The notes below the pieces were generated by a model, which saw only the letters and a list, made by a program, of their open reading frames with translations, was not told where the DNA came from and did not search any database. This document shows positions 17,251 to 26,570 of a stretch of 64,000 bases of DNA, in pieces. The stretch covers positions 48,341 through 112,340 of the forward strand of contig CAUZFB010000002.1 of the NCBI GenBank assembly GCA_963579135.1. Reading direction: 5' to 3'. Both the position numbers and the translations under genes were made by a program. The stretch comes from Dehalococcoidia bacterium (GTDB taxonomy: Bacteria; Chloroflexota; Dehalococcoidia; Lucifugimonadales; Australimonadaceae). Within the stretch, counting starts at the first letter, position 1; each line of letters begins with the position of its first letter.

Positions 17251-18516
17251 TTGATCTCGGCAGTCGACAAAGTCCGGGGTGCCTTGGGGGCCGATTGGCT
17301 GAGCAGGGACGCTAAGCTCCTGATTCTAGCGAGCTCGGTCAGGGCTTTCGGTCAGGGCTTCTTATCCGTGTCGCTGGCTGTGTACTTGGCGGGCATAGGC
17401 CTCAGCCTAGTGGAGATCGGCGCCTATTTCACGGTCGGCGCTGGGGGCGTCGCGTTCTTCGCATTCATCATCGCGTTCGTGTCCGAGCGCCTTGGGCGTA
17501 AGCGCCTGTTGGTGGGGCTCACGCTCAGCGCCTCTCTGGCGTTTGTAGCGCTAATCGTCACGGACAATGCCATGTTGTTGGCAGTGTTCGCGTTCTTTGG
17601 TGCGCTCAGCGGGGCGCAAGGGGGGGCGATGAGCGCGGCTCAACCGCTGATTCAGGCGGGCCTCGCGGAGACGGCGGAACCCGCGAAGCGCACCGATACG
17701 TTTGCTGTCTACCGCATCGCCAACACGTTCGCAAGGGCCATAGGAGCGCTAAGCGCCGGCATACCTGCCCTGCTCGCTTCCGTCACCGGGCTCGATGAGA
17801 CCACGTCATTCAAGATCATGTTGGGGCTGTTGACCGCGTCGTTGATCGTGGTGGCCGTCCTCTACAGCGCGCTATCGAGCCCGCCCTCACACCAGCGGGC
17901 CAGTGGATGGACGAACCCTTTCAATCTGCCGTCGCGACGCCGAATCTTCATGCTGTCCGCGCTATTCAGCGTGGATTCATTCGGTGGAGCGCTGATCGTC
18001 CAGAGCCTGGCCGCGTACTGGTTCTATACGCGGTTCGGCCTAGAATTGGGCGAGCTCTCGCTGGTGTTCTTCGCATCGGAATTGGTGACGACGTCTTCCA
18101 TGTGGGTCGCAGCGAAGCTTGCGAATCGCATAGGCCTGCTGAACACGATGGTCTTCACGCACATCCCCGCCAACCTCTTTCTGATCGGTGCCGCGTTCTC
18201 GCCCTGGGGTTGGCTCGCGATAACATTTTGGCAGGGGCGTGCGTTCTTCAGCCAGATGGACGTTCCGACACGTGACTCGTACATCATGGCGATCGTAGGG
18301 CCGGAGGAACGCGTGGCTATGGCCAGCATGCAGCAGCTGGGTCGGAGTGCCGCGAACACCGCCGGGCCATCGGTCGCCACATTCATGTGGACCGCGATGT
18401 CCGCCTCGGCTCCACTGGTCGCATCCGGGGTCATCAAGATCGCGTACGACCTCTCTCTGTGGGCCATCTTCCGCAACATCCGTCCGCCCGAGGAAACCGC
18501 GAAAAGGGCCAACTAG
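17251..18516 (+). CDS. MFS transporter
   Basis: 421 aa, about 12 hydrophobic segments, and a 'ERLGRKRLL' loop motif between TM2 and TM3. Confidence 0.75.
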   Translation: MISAVDKVRGALGADWLSRDAKLLILASSVRAFGQGFLSVSLAVYLAGIGLSLVEIGAYFTVGAGGVAFFAFIIAFVSERLGRKRLLVGLTLSASLAFVALIVTDNAMLLAVFAFFGALSGAQGGAMSAAQPLIQAGLAETAEPAKRTDTFAVYRIANTFARAIGALSAGIPALLASVTGLDETTSFKIMLGLLTASLIVVAVLYSALSSPPSHQRASGWTNPFNLPSRRRIFMLSALFSVDSFGGALIVQSLAAYWFYTRFGLELGELSLVFFASELVTTSSMWVAAKLANRIGLLNTMVFTHIPANLFLIGAAFSPWGWLAITFWQGRAFFSQMDVPTRDSYIMAIVGPEERVAMASMQQLGRSAANTAGPSVATFMWTAMSASAPLVASGVIKIAYDLSLWAIFRNIRPPEETAKRAN

Positions 18517-18679
18517 CAAGTCAGCGTTTGTTACGCGTTCTTGTCCGAGCGCTGATGGGCGTGCTAGGCTGTTCTCGCGATGTTCAATACGACGCAGCAA
18601 CAGCGAAAAGACCGACGACGCCTGCCAAACGCAGACGCCGCCGTCGGTCGCTGAACTTCGTCCATCCGAGATGATCAAA

Positions 18680-18710
18680 GGCTCGCCGGAACCGGCGGGC
18701 CTTTTCTTTT
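18680..18710 (+). terminator. Rho-independent terminator about 165 nt downstream of the MFS gene
   Basis: GGCTCGCCGG-AA-CCGGCGGGCC stem (one G-U pair) followed by TTTTCTTTT. Confidence 0.6.
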
Positions 18711-18793
18711 GCCCTTTTCTTGGGCCAAGGCGCAACCCGTCGCTAGCAAAGTGGCCAGTGACTCGACCAGCGAGTCGAAAGGAAGTGGGGGCC

Positions 18794-19021
18794 ATGTGCG
18801 AGTACGCCGTGTTTCGTTTGTGGGAGTTCGTGGGCAGCCCGTTTACAACCGGCGGGGATCCGAGGTCCGCTGAGCCGATGAACGACGCGGCTGGGGCGGC
18901 TGGCCTGTTGAACGCTCGTGGCGCCGAAGGTTGGAAATTAGTGCCGGTAGTGCCGCAGGTCAATGCGTCGGCCGAGGATGACACCAGCAACGTGGTGTAT
19001 ATGAAACATCCAGCGATTTGA
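18794..19021 (+). CDS. DUF4177-like small protein (75 aa)
   Basis: 'MCEYAVFRLWEF...AAGLLNARGAEGWKLVPVV' resembles the DUF4177 pattern ('...LNELGAEGWELV...'). It is the C-terminal part of a longer shadow ORF. Confidence 0.5.
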   Translation: MCEYAVFRLWEFVGSPFTTGGDPRSAEPMNDAAGAAGLLNARGAEGWKLVPVVPQVNASAEDDTSNVVYMKHPAI

Positions 19022-19138
19022 AGTAACGACACCAACCCTACGCGCCCTTGAACGACTGTTGGTAAAAGATTTGAGGAGGAATTATGAGGTTGTTAGAATC
19101 CTGGCCTTTGAACGGCGTATCCATCTGCTTCCCGAGGC

Positions 19139-20362
19139 ATGAAGATGACTGACCAGACCCAATTCGTTGATAACGGCACCATAACGAGTCCCAAGGGATT
19201 CAAAGCCGGGGCCGCCTATGCAGGGATTAAAACCTACGCCAAAGACAAGTGGGACGTGGGCATATTGGTATCCGAAGCTGCCTGCGTAACAGCGGGCATG
19301 TACACGAAGAACAAGTTCGTGTCGCCATCGGTGACGCTGACCAAAGAACGCGTTGACGCCGGGAATGTGCGCGGGTTGTTCGTATCCAGCGGAATCGCGA
19401 ATACAGGCGTTGGCGAGCAGGGCCTGATCGACGCCATCGAGTCCATTGCCGTTGCCGCAGAGCACGTGGGTATCCCCGCCGAGGAGATGGTCATCGGGAC
19501 AACAGGTGTCATCGGCGTTGAGCTTCCCATGGCCTTAATCCGGGCTGGGATTCCCAACATCGAGATCTCCAGCGATGGCGGAGATCCCTTCGCTCGGTCG
19601 ATCATGACGACGGACCGGGTACCGAAGTCCGTCGCCCTTGAGGTGGAGATCGACGGGAATCTCATCACCCTCGGGGGCTGCGCCAAGGGATCGGGGATGA
19701 TCCACCCCGACATGGCCACGATGCTGGCGTACGTCACGACGGATGCCGCCGTTGAGCCCAACTTCCTGAAGTCGGTGCTGCACGACGTGGTCGACGATAC
19801 CTTCAATATGGTCACCATCGACGGCGACATGAGCACCAACGATACCGTGATGCTGTTCGCCAACGGGATGGCAGGGAACAAGCCAATCGCAGCCGGTACA
19901 TCCGAGGCCGCCGGGTTCTTCCTGGCACTCTACTCGGTGATGGAGTACTTGTCCCGGGAGATGGTGCGCGACGCGGAAGGCTCGTCTAAGATTTTCTCGG
20001 TCCGGGTGGACGGCGCGAGGACCCGCGAAGACGCTCGCCTGGCGGCCCGTGCCATCGCAGCGTCGTCGCTAGTCAAGGCTGCGATCCATGGCAACGACCC
20101 GAACTGGGGCCGCGTGATTGCCGCCGCCGGTTACTCAGGCGCCGACATCAACGTCTCCAAGGTGCGGTTCGACATCAACGACGTGGTGATCATGGAGGCG
20201 GGCACGCCGATCTCGTTCCACCGGGAGGCGGTGATCGCCATCATGAACAACCCAGAGGTCGCGCTCACGGTGAACCTTGGCTTAGGCGATGGGACCGCGA
20301 CCGCGTGGGGCTGCGAGCTGACCGAGGCGTACGTAGAGTTCAATAGCGCGTACACGACCTAG
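19139..20362 (+). CDS. argJ: Bifunctional ornithine acetyltransferase / N-acetylglutamate synthase ArgJ
   Basis: 'GGCAKGSGMIHPDMATMLAYVTTDA' (autoprocessing site) and 'NDPNWGR'. The start may be the ATG at 19145 (GAGG 7 nt upstream). Confidence 0.92.
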   Translation: MKMTDQTQFVDNGTITSPKGFKAGAAYAGIKTYAKDKWDVGILVSEAACVTAGMYTKNKFVSPSVTLTKERVDAGNVRGLFVSSGIANTGVGEQGLIDAIESIAVAAEHVGIPAEEMVIGTTGVIGVELPMALIRAGIPNIEISSDGGDPFARSIMTTDRVPKSVALEVEIDGNLITLGGCAKGSGMIHPDMATMLAYVTTDAAVEPNFLKSVLHDVVDDTFNMVTIDGDMSTNDTVMLFANGMAGNKPIAAGTSEAAGFFLALYSVMEYLSREMVRDAEGSSKIFSVRVDGARTREDARLAARAIAASSLVKAAIHGNDPNWGRVIAAAGYSGADINVSKVRFDINDVVIMEAGTPISFHREAVIAIMNNPEVALTVNLGLGDGTATAWGCELTEAYVEFNSAYTT

Positions 20363-20365
20363 GCC

Positions 20366-21145
20366 ATGCTAGAACTCAAAGGCAATACGGTACTGATCAA
20401 GATTGGTGGGAGCACGCTTGGCGCCGACGACACATCCTTCGCCGACGTAGCCGAGCTCCAACGGACGGGCGCACGAGTGGTGATCGTTCACGGCGGCGGA
20501 CCGGAGACGACCTCGTGGATGGCCAAGATGGGCGTCCGCTCCGAATTCGTGGACGGTCTGCGCGTGACGGACGAAGCTGGGCTTAGCGTGGCAACCGCCG
20601 TGCTGGCGGGCCTCGTCAACAAGCGCCTCGTCGCAGAGCTAGCGGCGCACGGCGTGCGCGCGCTCGGCCTGAGCGGCGTCGACGGTAGTCTGGTGCGCGG
20701 TAGCGTCACGAAACCCGAGCTCGGCTTCGTCGCTGGCGTGATTGACGTGGACGCCGGCCCACTCGACGCGGTGCTTGACGCGGGCTACGTGCCGGTCATC
20801 TCGCCCATTGGAACCGCTGCCAGCAATGCGGCGCAGTTGCTGAACATCAACGCAGACACAGTCGCAGGCGCCATCGCCGTTGCGGTGGACGCGACGCACC
20901 TTATATTCCTAACCGACGTGGACGGCATCCTCGACGCCAACGGTCGCGTGCTGAAGCGCATCCCGCTGGGGATGGCGGAGGGACTGATGACCTCAGGTGT
21001 GGTCAAAGGCGGGATGATCCCGAAATTGGATGCCTGCATCCAAGCTGCTGTCGCAGGCATCTCAGCCCACATAGTGAACGGTACCAAACCCCAAGCGCTG
21101 GCCAATTGCCTCGATGGCACGGTGCCGGGGACCGCTGTCGCCTAG
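20366..21145 (+). CDS. argB: Acetylglutamate kinase ArgB
   Basis: 'VLIKIGGS' and 'VVIVHGGGPE...GLRVTD...LNINADTVAGAIA'. Confidence 0.92.
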   Translation: MLELKGNTVLIKIGGSTLGADDTSFADVAELQRTGARVVIVHGGGPETTSWMAKMGVRSEFVDGLRVTDEAGLSVATAVLAGLVNKRLVAELAAHGVRALGLSGVDGSLVRGSVTKPELGFVAGVIDVDAGPLDAVLDAGYVPVISPIGTAASNAAQLLNINADTVAGAIAVAVDATHLIFLTDVDGILDANGRVLKRIPLGMAEGLMTSGVVKGGMIPKLDACIQAAVAGISAHIVNGTKPQALANCLDGTVPGTAVA

Positions 21146-21175
21146 CCTCAGCATGCGGAACGCAGGAGGTCCACC

Positions 21176-24094
21176 TTGGCGATGCAAGCAGGCGATAACA
21201 ACGGCGGCAACGGCCTACCAGGTGACATAGGTATCTTTGAAGGATTGCCGCGCTGGGTGATGCTCACTATCAAGGCGACTGTGGTCCTGATAGCGCTTGG
21301 TGTGCTTTATTTCGTGATGGATTTCCTGCGCTCTGTCTACACCAACTGGCTGTGGTTCAACAACGTCGGGTTCCTTGACGTATACACGACGAAGCTGTAC
21401 ACGCAGCTCGCGTTGTATCTGGTCGGCTTCGCAGGAAGCACTGCGGCCATCTACTTCACCTATCACGCCGCTTGGCGGACATCGTGGGGCCCCACGGTAC
21501 TGCCGTTCACACCGCTCGTGACCGGATGGATTAAACGGTCGATCATCATCGGTGCGGCTCTGATGGGCTTCATCATCGTGCTCAGCTTCGCGACCGCATT
21601 GGCCGACCGGTGGGAAAGCTTTCTGAAGTTCTGGAATTCGACCTCATTCGGCCTCGCAGATCCCCAGTTCGGCAACGACGTCGGGTTCTACGTATTCACC
21701 CTGCCGATGCTCCACACGATTCAAGGGTGGCTGCTGGGGCTCACCGTGGTGATCCTGGCCACGACGGTGGGCCTGTCCCTGTTGATTTACAGCGCACGCG
21801 GGATCAACCCGCTTATGAGCGATCGCTCGAAGAAACACCTTGCCATCATAGGCGCTGCGCTCATGGCGACCATCGCCGCAGGACACTTCCTCGACACCTA
21901 CGAGACACTCTTCTCGCCTGCGGGCGCAGTCACCGGCTCGACGTATGCGGACGTGAACGCGCGCATCCCAGGACTCTACCTGCTCACGGCCATCGCGTTG
22001 CTGGCGGCTGTCCTGATGATCGCGGCGCTTCGTGTGTCCAACCTACGCCAGGCGGTGCGCATCATCATCGCAGCCTTCGTACTGTGGGTGGTGGCAGCCC
22101 TTACCGTTGGCCTGGCCTGGCCGTTCCTTGCGCAGCGCTTCGCCGTTGAGCCGTCGGAATTCCAACGTGAGCGGCCTTACATCGAGCGCAACATCGAGTG
22201 GACGCGGATGGGATTCGACCTCAATCGACTCGACGAGGTTTCCTATGAAGTGCGCGACGACACGCTAGCCCGCGATATCGCGGCGAACCCGGAAACGATC
22301 AATAACATCCGGCTGTGGGACCCGCGCCCGCTGGCCCTGGTTTACAACCAGATTCAACACCTGCGGCTGTACTACGATTTCTTGGATGTGGATGTGGACC
22401 GGTACACGGTGAATGGTGAGTACCGCCAGGTGTTGCTAGGCACGCGCGAGCTATTCCAGCACGGTCTGGACGATAGCGCACAGAACTGGGTCAACCGGAA
22501 GCTGATCTACACCCACGGCTACGGCGTCGTGATGGCGACGGCGACTGACTTCACGCAGGCCGGACAGCCGAACCTGATTCTCCAAGACGTGCCGGTGGTT
22601 GGTCTGTTCGACGTTGACGAGCCCAGGGTGTTCTACGGCGAGAGCTTCGGTTGGAACCCGACTCCGTTGGAGCGCGCCGTGCTGGACGATCCGACCCTCG
22701 CTGGTGGTGAGGTCACCGATGATGAGGTCATCGTGAACACGAAGGAGTCACAGTTCGACCGGCCAGCAGACGACCCAGGCAGCCTGCCCATCTTCATCGA
22801 CCGCTACGAGGGTGAAGGAGGGGTAGCGCTCTCCAGCTTCTTCCGGCGCATCATGCACAGCTGGGAGTTCGAGGATCTGAACTTCATCTTCTCGCGCGAT
22901 CTGAAGACTGAGAGTCGAGTGATGTACCGCCGTGGTATCGCCAACCGCGTGAGCACTGTTGCGCCGTGGCTTGAACTCGACGATGACCCATACATAGTGG
23001 TGGCGGACGGTCGCTTGATGTGGATTCAGGACGCGTATGTGACGACCGACAAGTTCCCCTACTCGCGGACCGTGCGCGTCGTGGAGTCGTCCGGCGACAG
23101 CCTGGCGAGCCGTACGGTGTTCGATCGGCCACTCAACTACATCCGCAACAACGTGAAGGTGGTGGTGGACGCGTTCAATGGGACGATGGATTTCTACACA
23201 GTCGAGATTGACGGCCCGGACCCTATCTTGAGCATGTGGCGGAACACGTTCCCCAGCCTGTTCAAACCTATCTCGGAGATGCCGGCGTCGCTTCGGGAAC
23301 ACATCCGCTACCCGGAGGAGCTGCTGGAGGCCCAAGCCGACGCGTTCCTGCAGTACCACATGACTGATGCCCGAGAGTTCTTCCTTAAGGAGGACCAGTG
23401 GGCGCTGGGCGAAGAGCTCATCGGGTCCGCGCCGACCGCCGACGAGCTCAGCGAACGCGACGGCCGCCGCATCGTCGACCCTTACTACGTGATCATGAAA
23501 CTGCCGGACAGCGAGAAAGAGGAGTTCGTGTTGATCCTGCCGTTCACGCCGCAGGACAAGCCGAATCTGGTCGCCTGGATGGCCGCGCGGTCTGACGGGA
23601 ACCATTACGGTGATATCACTGTCTTCGAGTTCCCAACCGACCGCATCTTCCACGGACCTGCCCAGGTAGAGGCCCGGATCGACAACGACCCGGTGATCTC
23701 TGAGCAGTTCACGCTCTGGGACCAGTCGGGGTCACGGGTAATCAGAGGCAATCTGCTGGTGATACCCATCGGTGAGTCACTGCTGTACGCGGAGCCGATC
23801 TACCTGCAAGCCGACTCACTCGCGTTCCCGGAGCTGAAACGCGTAATCCTCGCCACTGATGACGATGTGGTAATGGCGGAAACACTGGATGCTGCGGTGC
23901 GAGGCATCCTCGCGGGCGATCGACCGGACCGACCGGCGGGCGGTGAGCCCGTGAGTGGCGGCATCGCGCCCGAAGACCTGCTAGCCGTCGTCGACGAACT
24001 CCGCGTAGCGATAGAATCGCTACGCGGAGGCGCGGAAGGACTCGATCAATCACTGCGGGCTCTGGAAGATCTCGCTGAAGAGGCAACACCATGA
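21176..24094 (+). CDS. UPF0182-family large membrane protein (about 970 aa)
   Basis: About seven N-terminal TM segments followed by a large soluble region ('WVNRKLIYTHGYGVVMA', 'YVIMKLP...EFVLILPFTP', 'LLVIPIGESLLYAEPIYLQA'). Size and layout match UPF0182. AGGAGG SD before the TTG start. The stop overlaps the argD ATG by 4 nt. Confidence 0.65.
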   Translation: MAMQAGDNNGGNGLPGDIGIFEGLPRWVMLTIKATVVLIALGVLYFVMDFLRSVYTNWLWFNNVGFLDVYTTKLYTQLALYLVGFAGSTAAIYFTYHAAWRTSWGPTVLPFTPLVTGWIKRSIIIGAALMGFIIVLSFATALADRWESFLKFWNSTSFGLADPQFGNDVGFYVFTLPMLHTIQGWLLGLTVVILATTVGLSLLIYSARGINPLMSDRSKKHLAIIGAALMATIAAGHFLDTYETLFSPAGAVTGSTYADVNARIPGLYLLTAIALLAAVLMIAALRVSNLRQAVRIIIAAFVLWVVAALTVGLAWPFLAQRFAVEPSEFQRERPYIERNIEWTRMGFDLNRLDEVSYEVRDDTLARDIAANPETINNIRLWDPRPLALVYNQIQHLRLYYDFLDVDVDRYTVNGEYRQVLLGTRELFQHGLDDSAQNWVNRKLIYTHGYGVVMATATDFTQAGQPNLILQDVPVVGLFDVDEPRVFYGESFGWNPTPLERAVLDDPTLAGGEVTDDEVIVNTKESQFDRPADDPGSLPIFIDRYEGEGGVALSSFFRRIMHSWEFEDLNFIFSRDLKTESRVMYRRGIANRVSTVAPWLELDDDPYIVVADGRLMWIQDAYVTTDKFPYSRTVRVVESSGDSLASRTVFDRPLNYIRNNVKVVVDAFNGTMDFYTVEIDGPDPILSMWRNTFPSLFKPISEMPASLREHIRYPEELLEAQADAFLQYHMTDAREFFLKEDQWALGEELIGSAPTADELSERDGRRIVDPYYVIMKLPDSEKEEFVLILPFTPQDKPNLVAWMAARSDGNHYGDITVFEFPTDRIFHGPAQVEARIDNDPVISEQFTLWDQSGSRVIRGNLLVIPIGESLLYAEPIYLQADSLAFPELKRVILATDDDVVMAETLDAAVRGILAGDRPDRPAGGEPVSGGIAPEDLLAVVDELRVAIESLRGGAEGLDQSLRALEDLAEEATP

Positions 24095-25287
24095 CCACTG
24101 ACTGGAAAGCAAAAGAAGCCAAGTACTACATGCATGTCGTGAACCGGCAGCCGGTGGTCATCGAACGGGGCGAGGGCGCCCGCGTATGGGACGTCGACGG
24201 CAAGGAATACCTCGACTTCACGGCGGGCTGGGCCGTCGTGAATCTCGGCCACGCCCACCCCGTGGTCACGAAAGCAATCCAGGACCAGGCGGCAACTTTG
24301 TTGCAGACGTCAAATCAGTTCTACACAACCCCGCAACTGGAGCTTGCTGAGGCATTGGTGGAGAACAGCGCACTGGACAAGGTCTTCTTCTCGAACAGCG
24401 GAGCCGAGGCCAACGAAGGAGCGGTCAAGCTCGCTCGCAAGTACGGCCGCATGAACAAGAACGGTGGCCAGGAAATCATCACCGTCCTCAACTCGTTCCA
24501 CGGCCGCACGTTGGCCATGGCCGCCGCGACGGGCCAGCCTCACTACCAGGAGGTTTGGAAGCCGCTGACGCCTGGTTTCACCAACGTTCCCTACGACGAT
24601 CTCGACGCGATCAAAGGCGCGACGACGGACCAGACCTGCGGGATCATGGTGGAGGTTCTACAGGGCGAAGGTGGGGTGAACGTACCAACGGAGGGCTACC
24701 TGAAGGGCCTCCGCGAGTGGTGCGACGCCAACAACATCCTGCTCATCTTCGACGAAGTGCAGACCGGTGCAGGCCGCCTTGGCACGCTGTTCGGGCACCA
24801 GGCGTTCGACGTCGAACCCGACGTGATGACTCTGGCCAAGGGTTTGGGTAACGGCGTGCCCATCGGCGCGTTCTTGTGCAAGAACTCGTGTGATGTCCTC
24901 GAACCAGGGGACCACGGCAGCACGTTCGGGGGCAACGCACTCGCGACTGCGGCCGCGAATGCGACGGTCCGGTTCATGGTGGACAACGACGTGCCCGGCA
25001 ACGCCAAGAAGGTGGGCGCCTATTTCCAGGGCCAGCTCGAAGCGTACAAGGCCGCCAACCCCGATACCGTGGTCGATGTCAGAGGTATGGGACTTTTGCT
25101 GGCCCTCCAGTTCAGTGATACGATTTCTGCAAAAGTCGTGGCGGCTTGCAACGAGGAAGGACTGCTCCTCAACCCCGTTCGGCCGGACGCCATCCGCTTC
25201 ATGCCACCGCTGACGATCACCGAATCCGACGTAGATGAAGCCATGGAGAAATTAGGACGAGGAATCGCCAAAGCGCTAGCGTCCTAG
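24091..25287 (+). CDS. argD: Acetylornithine aminotransferase ArgD
   Basis: Class-III aminotransferase: 'FSNSGAEANEGAVKLAR', 'LIFDEVQTGAGRLG' and 'TLAKGLGNGVPIGA' (PLP-binding Lys). Confidence 0.9.
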   Translation: MTTDWKAKEAKYYMHVVNRQPVVIERGEGARVWDVDGKEYLDFTAGWAVVNLGHAHPVVTKAIQDQAATLLQTSNQFYTTPQLELAEALVENSALDKVFFSNSGAEANEGAVKLARKYGRMNKNGGQEIITVLNSFHGRTLAMAAATGQPHYQEVWKPLTPGFTNVPYDDLDAIKGATTDQTCGIMVEVLQGEGGVNVPTEGYLKGLREWCDANNILLIFDEVQTGAGRLGTLFGHQAFDVEPDVMTLAKGLGNGVPIGAFLCKNSCDVLEPGDHGSTFGGNALATAAANATVRFMVDNDVPGNAKKVGAYFQGQLEAYKAANPDTVVDVRGMGLLLALQFSDTISAKVVAACNEEGLLLNPVRPDAIRFMPPLTITESDVDEAMEKLGRGIAKALAS

Positions 25288-25325
25288 TCTCGACATCCCG
25301 GTTAGAGCACCCCGAAAGGACAGTT

Positions 25326-26525
25326 ATGGCGGACACGATCGTACTCGCGTACAGCGGAGGGCTGGACACGTCCGTAGCCATCCGTTGGCTTCAGGAACGT
25401 TATGAATCAGGCATCGCAACACTGACGATGGACCTGGGTGGCAAGGTCGACCTGGAGGCGGCGCGACAGCGAGCCCTGCAGATCGGCGCCACGCGCGCGG
25501 ATGTCATTGACGTGCGTGAAGAGTTCGTCACCGAATACGTTTGGCCTGCCCTCAAGGCCGGCGCCCTCTACGAAGGTGTCTACCCGCTGGCGACCGCCCT
25601 GGGCCGCCCGCTAATCACCAAGCACCTCGTTCGCATCGCGCAGGAGGAAGAGGCCTTCGCCATCGCTCACGGGTGCACCGGCAAGGGCAACGACCAAGTG
25701 CGGTTCGACGTGAGCGCGGCAGCTTTGGCTCCCAGCTTGCAGGTCGTCGCGCCCGCTCGTGAATGGAACATGACCCGTGACGAGGAGATTGCCTACGCAC
25801 AGGCCCGCGACATTCCGCTGGACCTCAACAAACGCAGCTCTTACTCGGTGGACGAGAACCTGTGGGGCCGCAGCATCGAAGCTGGTGACCTGGAAGACCC
25901 CTGGGTGTCCCCGCCCGAAGAGGCCTATGCCTGGACGGTCTCCGCCGCCGCCGCCCCCGACCAGCCACGCGACGTGGAAATCACGTTCCGCCAGGGCATC
26001 CCCGTCGCCATCGACGGCCAGGAGCTCGGTGGTGTGGCGTTGGTTGAGCTGATGAACGAGATCTCCGGTGCCAACGGCGTCGGCAGGATTGACCATGTTG
26101 AGAATCGCCTCGTGGGAATCAAGTCGCGTGAGCTATACGAAGCTCCAGCAGCCATCGCACTACACGAAGCGCACCGAGCACTGGAAGGCATGTGCCTCAG
26201 CCGGGAGCAGTCTCGGTTCAAGGACCGCCTCGCCGCCGAGTACGCGGACATGGTGTACAACGGGCTCTGGTTCACGGCGCACCGCCGCGACCTGGACGCC
26301 TACGTAGCGAGCACGCAGATCCACGTGAGCGGCACCGTCCGATTGCGCCTATTCAAGGGCACATGCACAGTGGTCGGCCGCAAGAGCGACGAATCGCTCT
26401 ACCGGCACGACCTGGCCACCTACGACAAGGGAGACTCGTTCGACCACACGGCGTCGGTGGGCTTCATCCAGATCTACGGGCTGCCGGTCCGGACCCAGGC
26501 CGAGGTCCAGGGCCAAGCCGATTAG
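25326..26525 (+). CDS. argG: Argininosuccinate synthase ArgG
   Basis: 'VLAYSGGLDTSVAI', 'AHGCTGKGNDQVRF' and 'SVDENLWGRSIE'. Confidence 0.93.
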   Translation: MADTIVLAYSGGLDTSVAIRWLQERYESGIATLTMDLGGKVDLEAARQRALQIGATRADVIDVREEFVTEYVWPALKAGALYEGVYPLATALGRPLITKHLVRIAQEEEAFAIAHGCTGKGNDQVRFDVSAAALAPSLQVVAPAREWNMTRDEEIAYAQARDIPLDLNKRSSYSVDENLWGRSIEAGDLEDPWVSPPEEAYAWTVSAAAAPDQPRDVEITFRQGIPVAIDGQELGGVALVELMNEISGANGVGRIDHVENRLVGIKSRELYEAPAAIALHEAHRALEGMCLSREQSRFKDRLAAEYADMVYNGLWFTAHRRDLDAYVASTQIHVSGTVRLRLFKGTCTVVGRKSDESLYRHDLATYDKGDSFDHTASVGFIQIYGLPVRTQAEVQGQAD

Positions 26526-26570
26526 CCACTGCCAGGGCTCAAGTGAGCGTTCCCCGCAGGACGCGCGCCG

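Noticed and set aside
18555-18674. 39-codon ORF ('MGVLGCSRD...KRRRRRRSLNFVHPR') ending just before the terminator at 18680.
   Set aside because: GC3 is only about 56%, against about 80% or more in real genes here. There is no SD, and the poly-Arg stretch comes from a CGN-rich hairpin region. It is more likely a structured 3' UTR.
18040-19035. 331-aa ORF on the minus strand.
   Set aside because: It is antisense to the MFS gene and to the DUF4177 region, with Arg/Pro/Gly-rich low-complexity composition typical of high-GC shadow frames. No motif was recognised.
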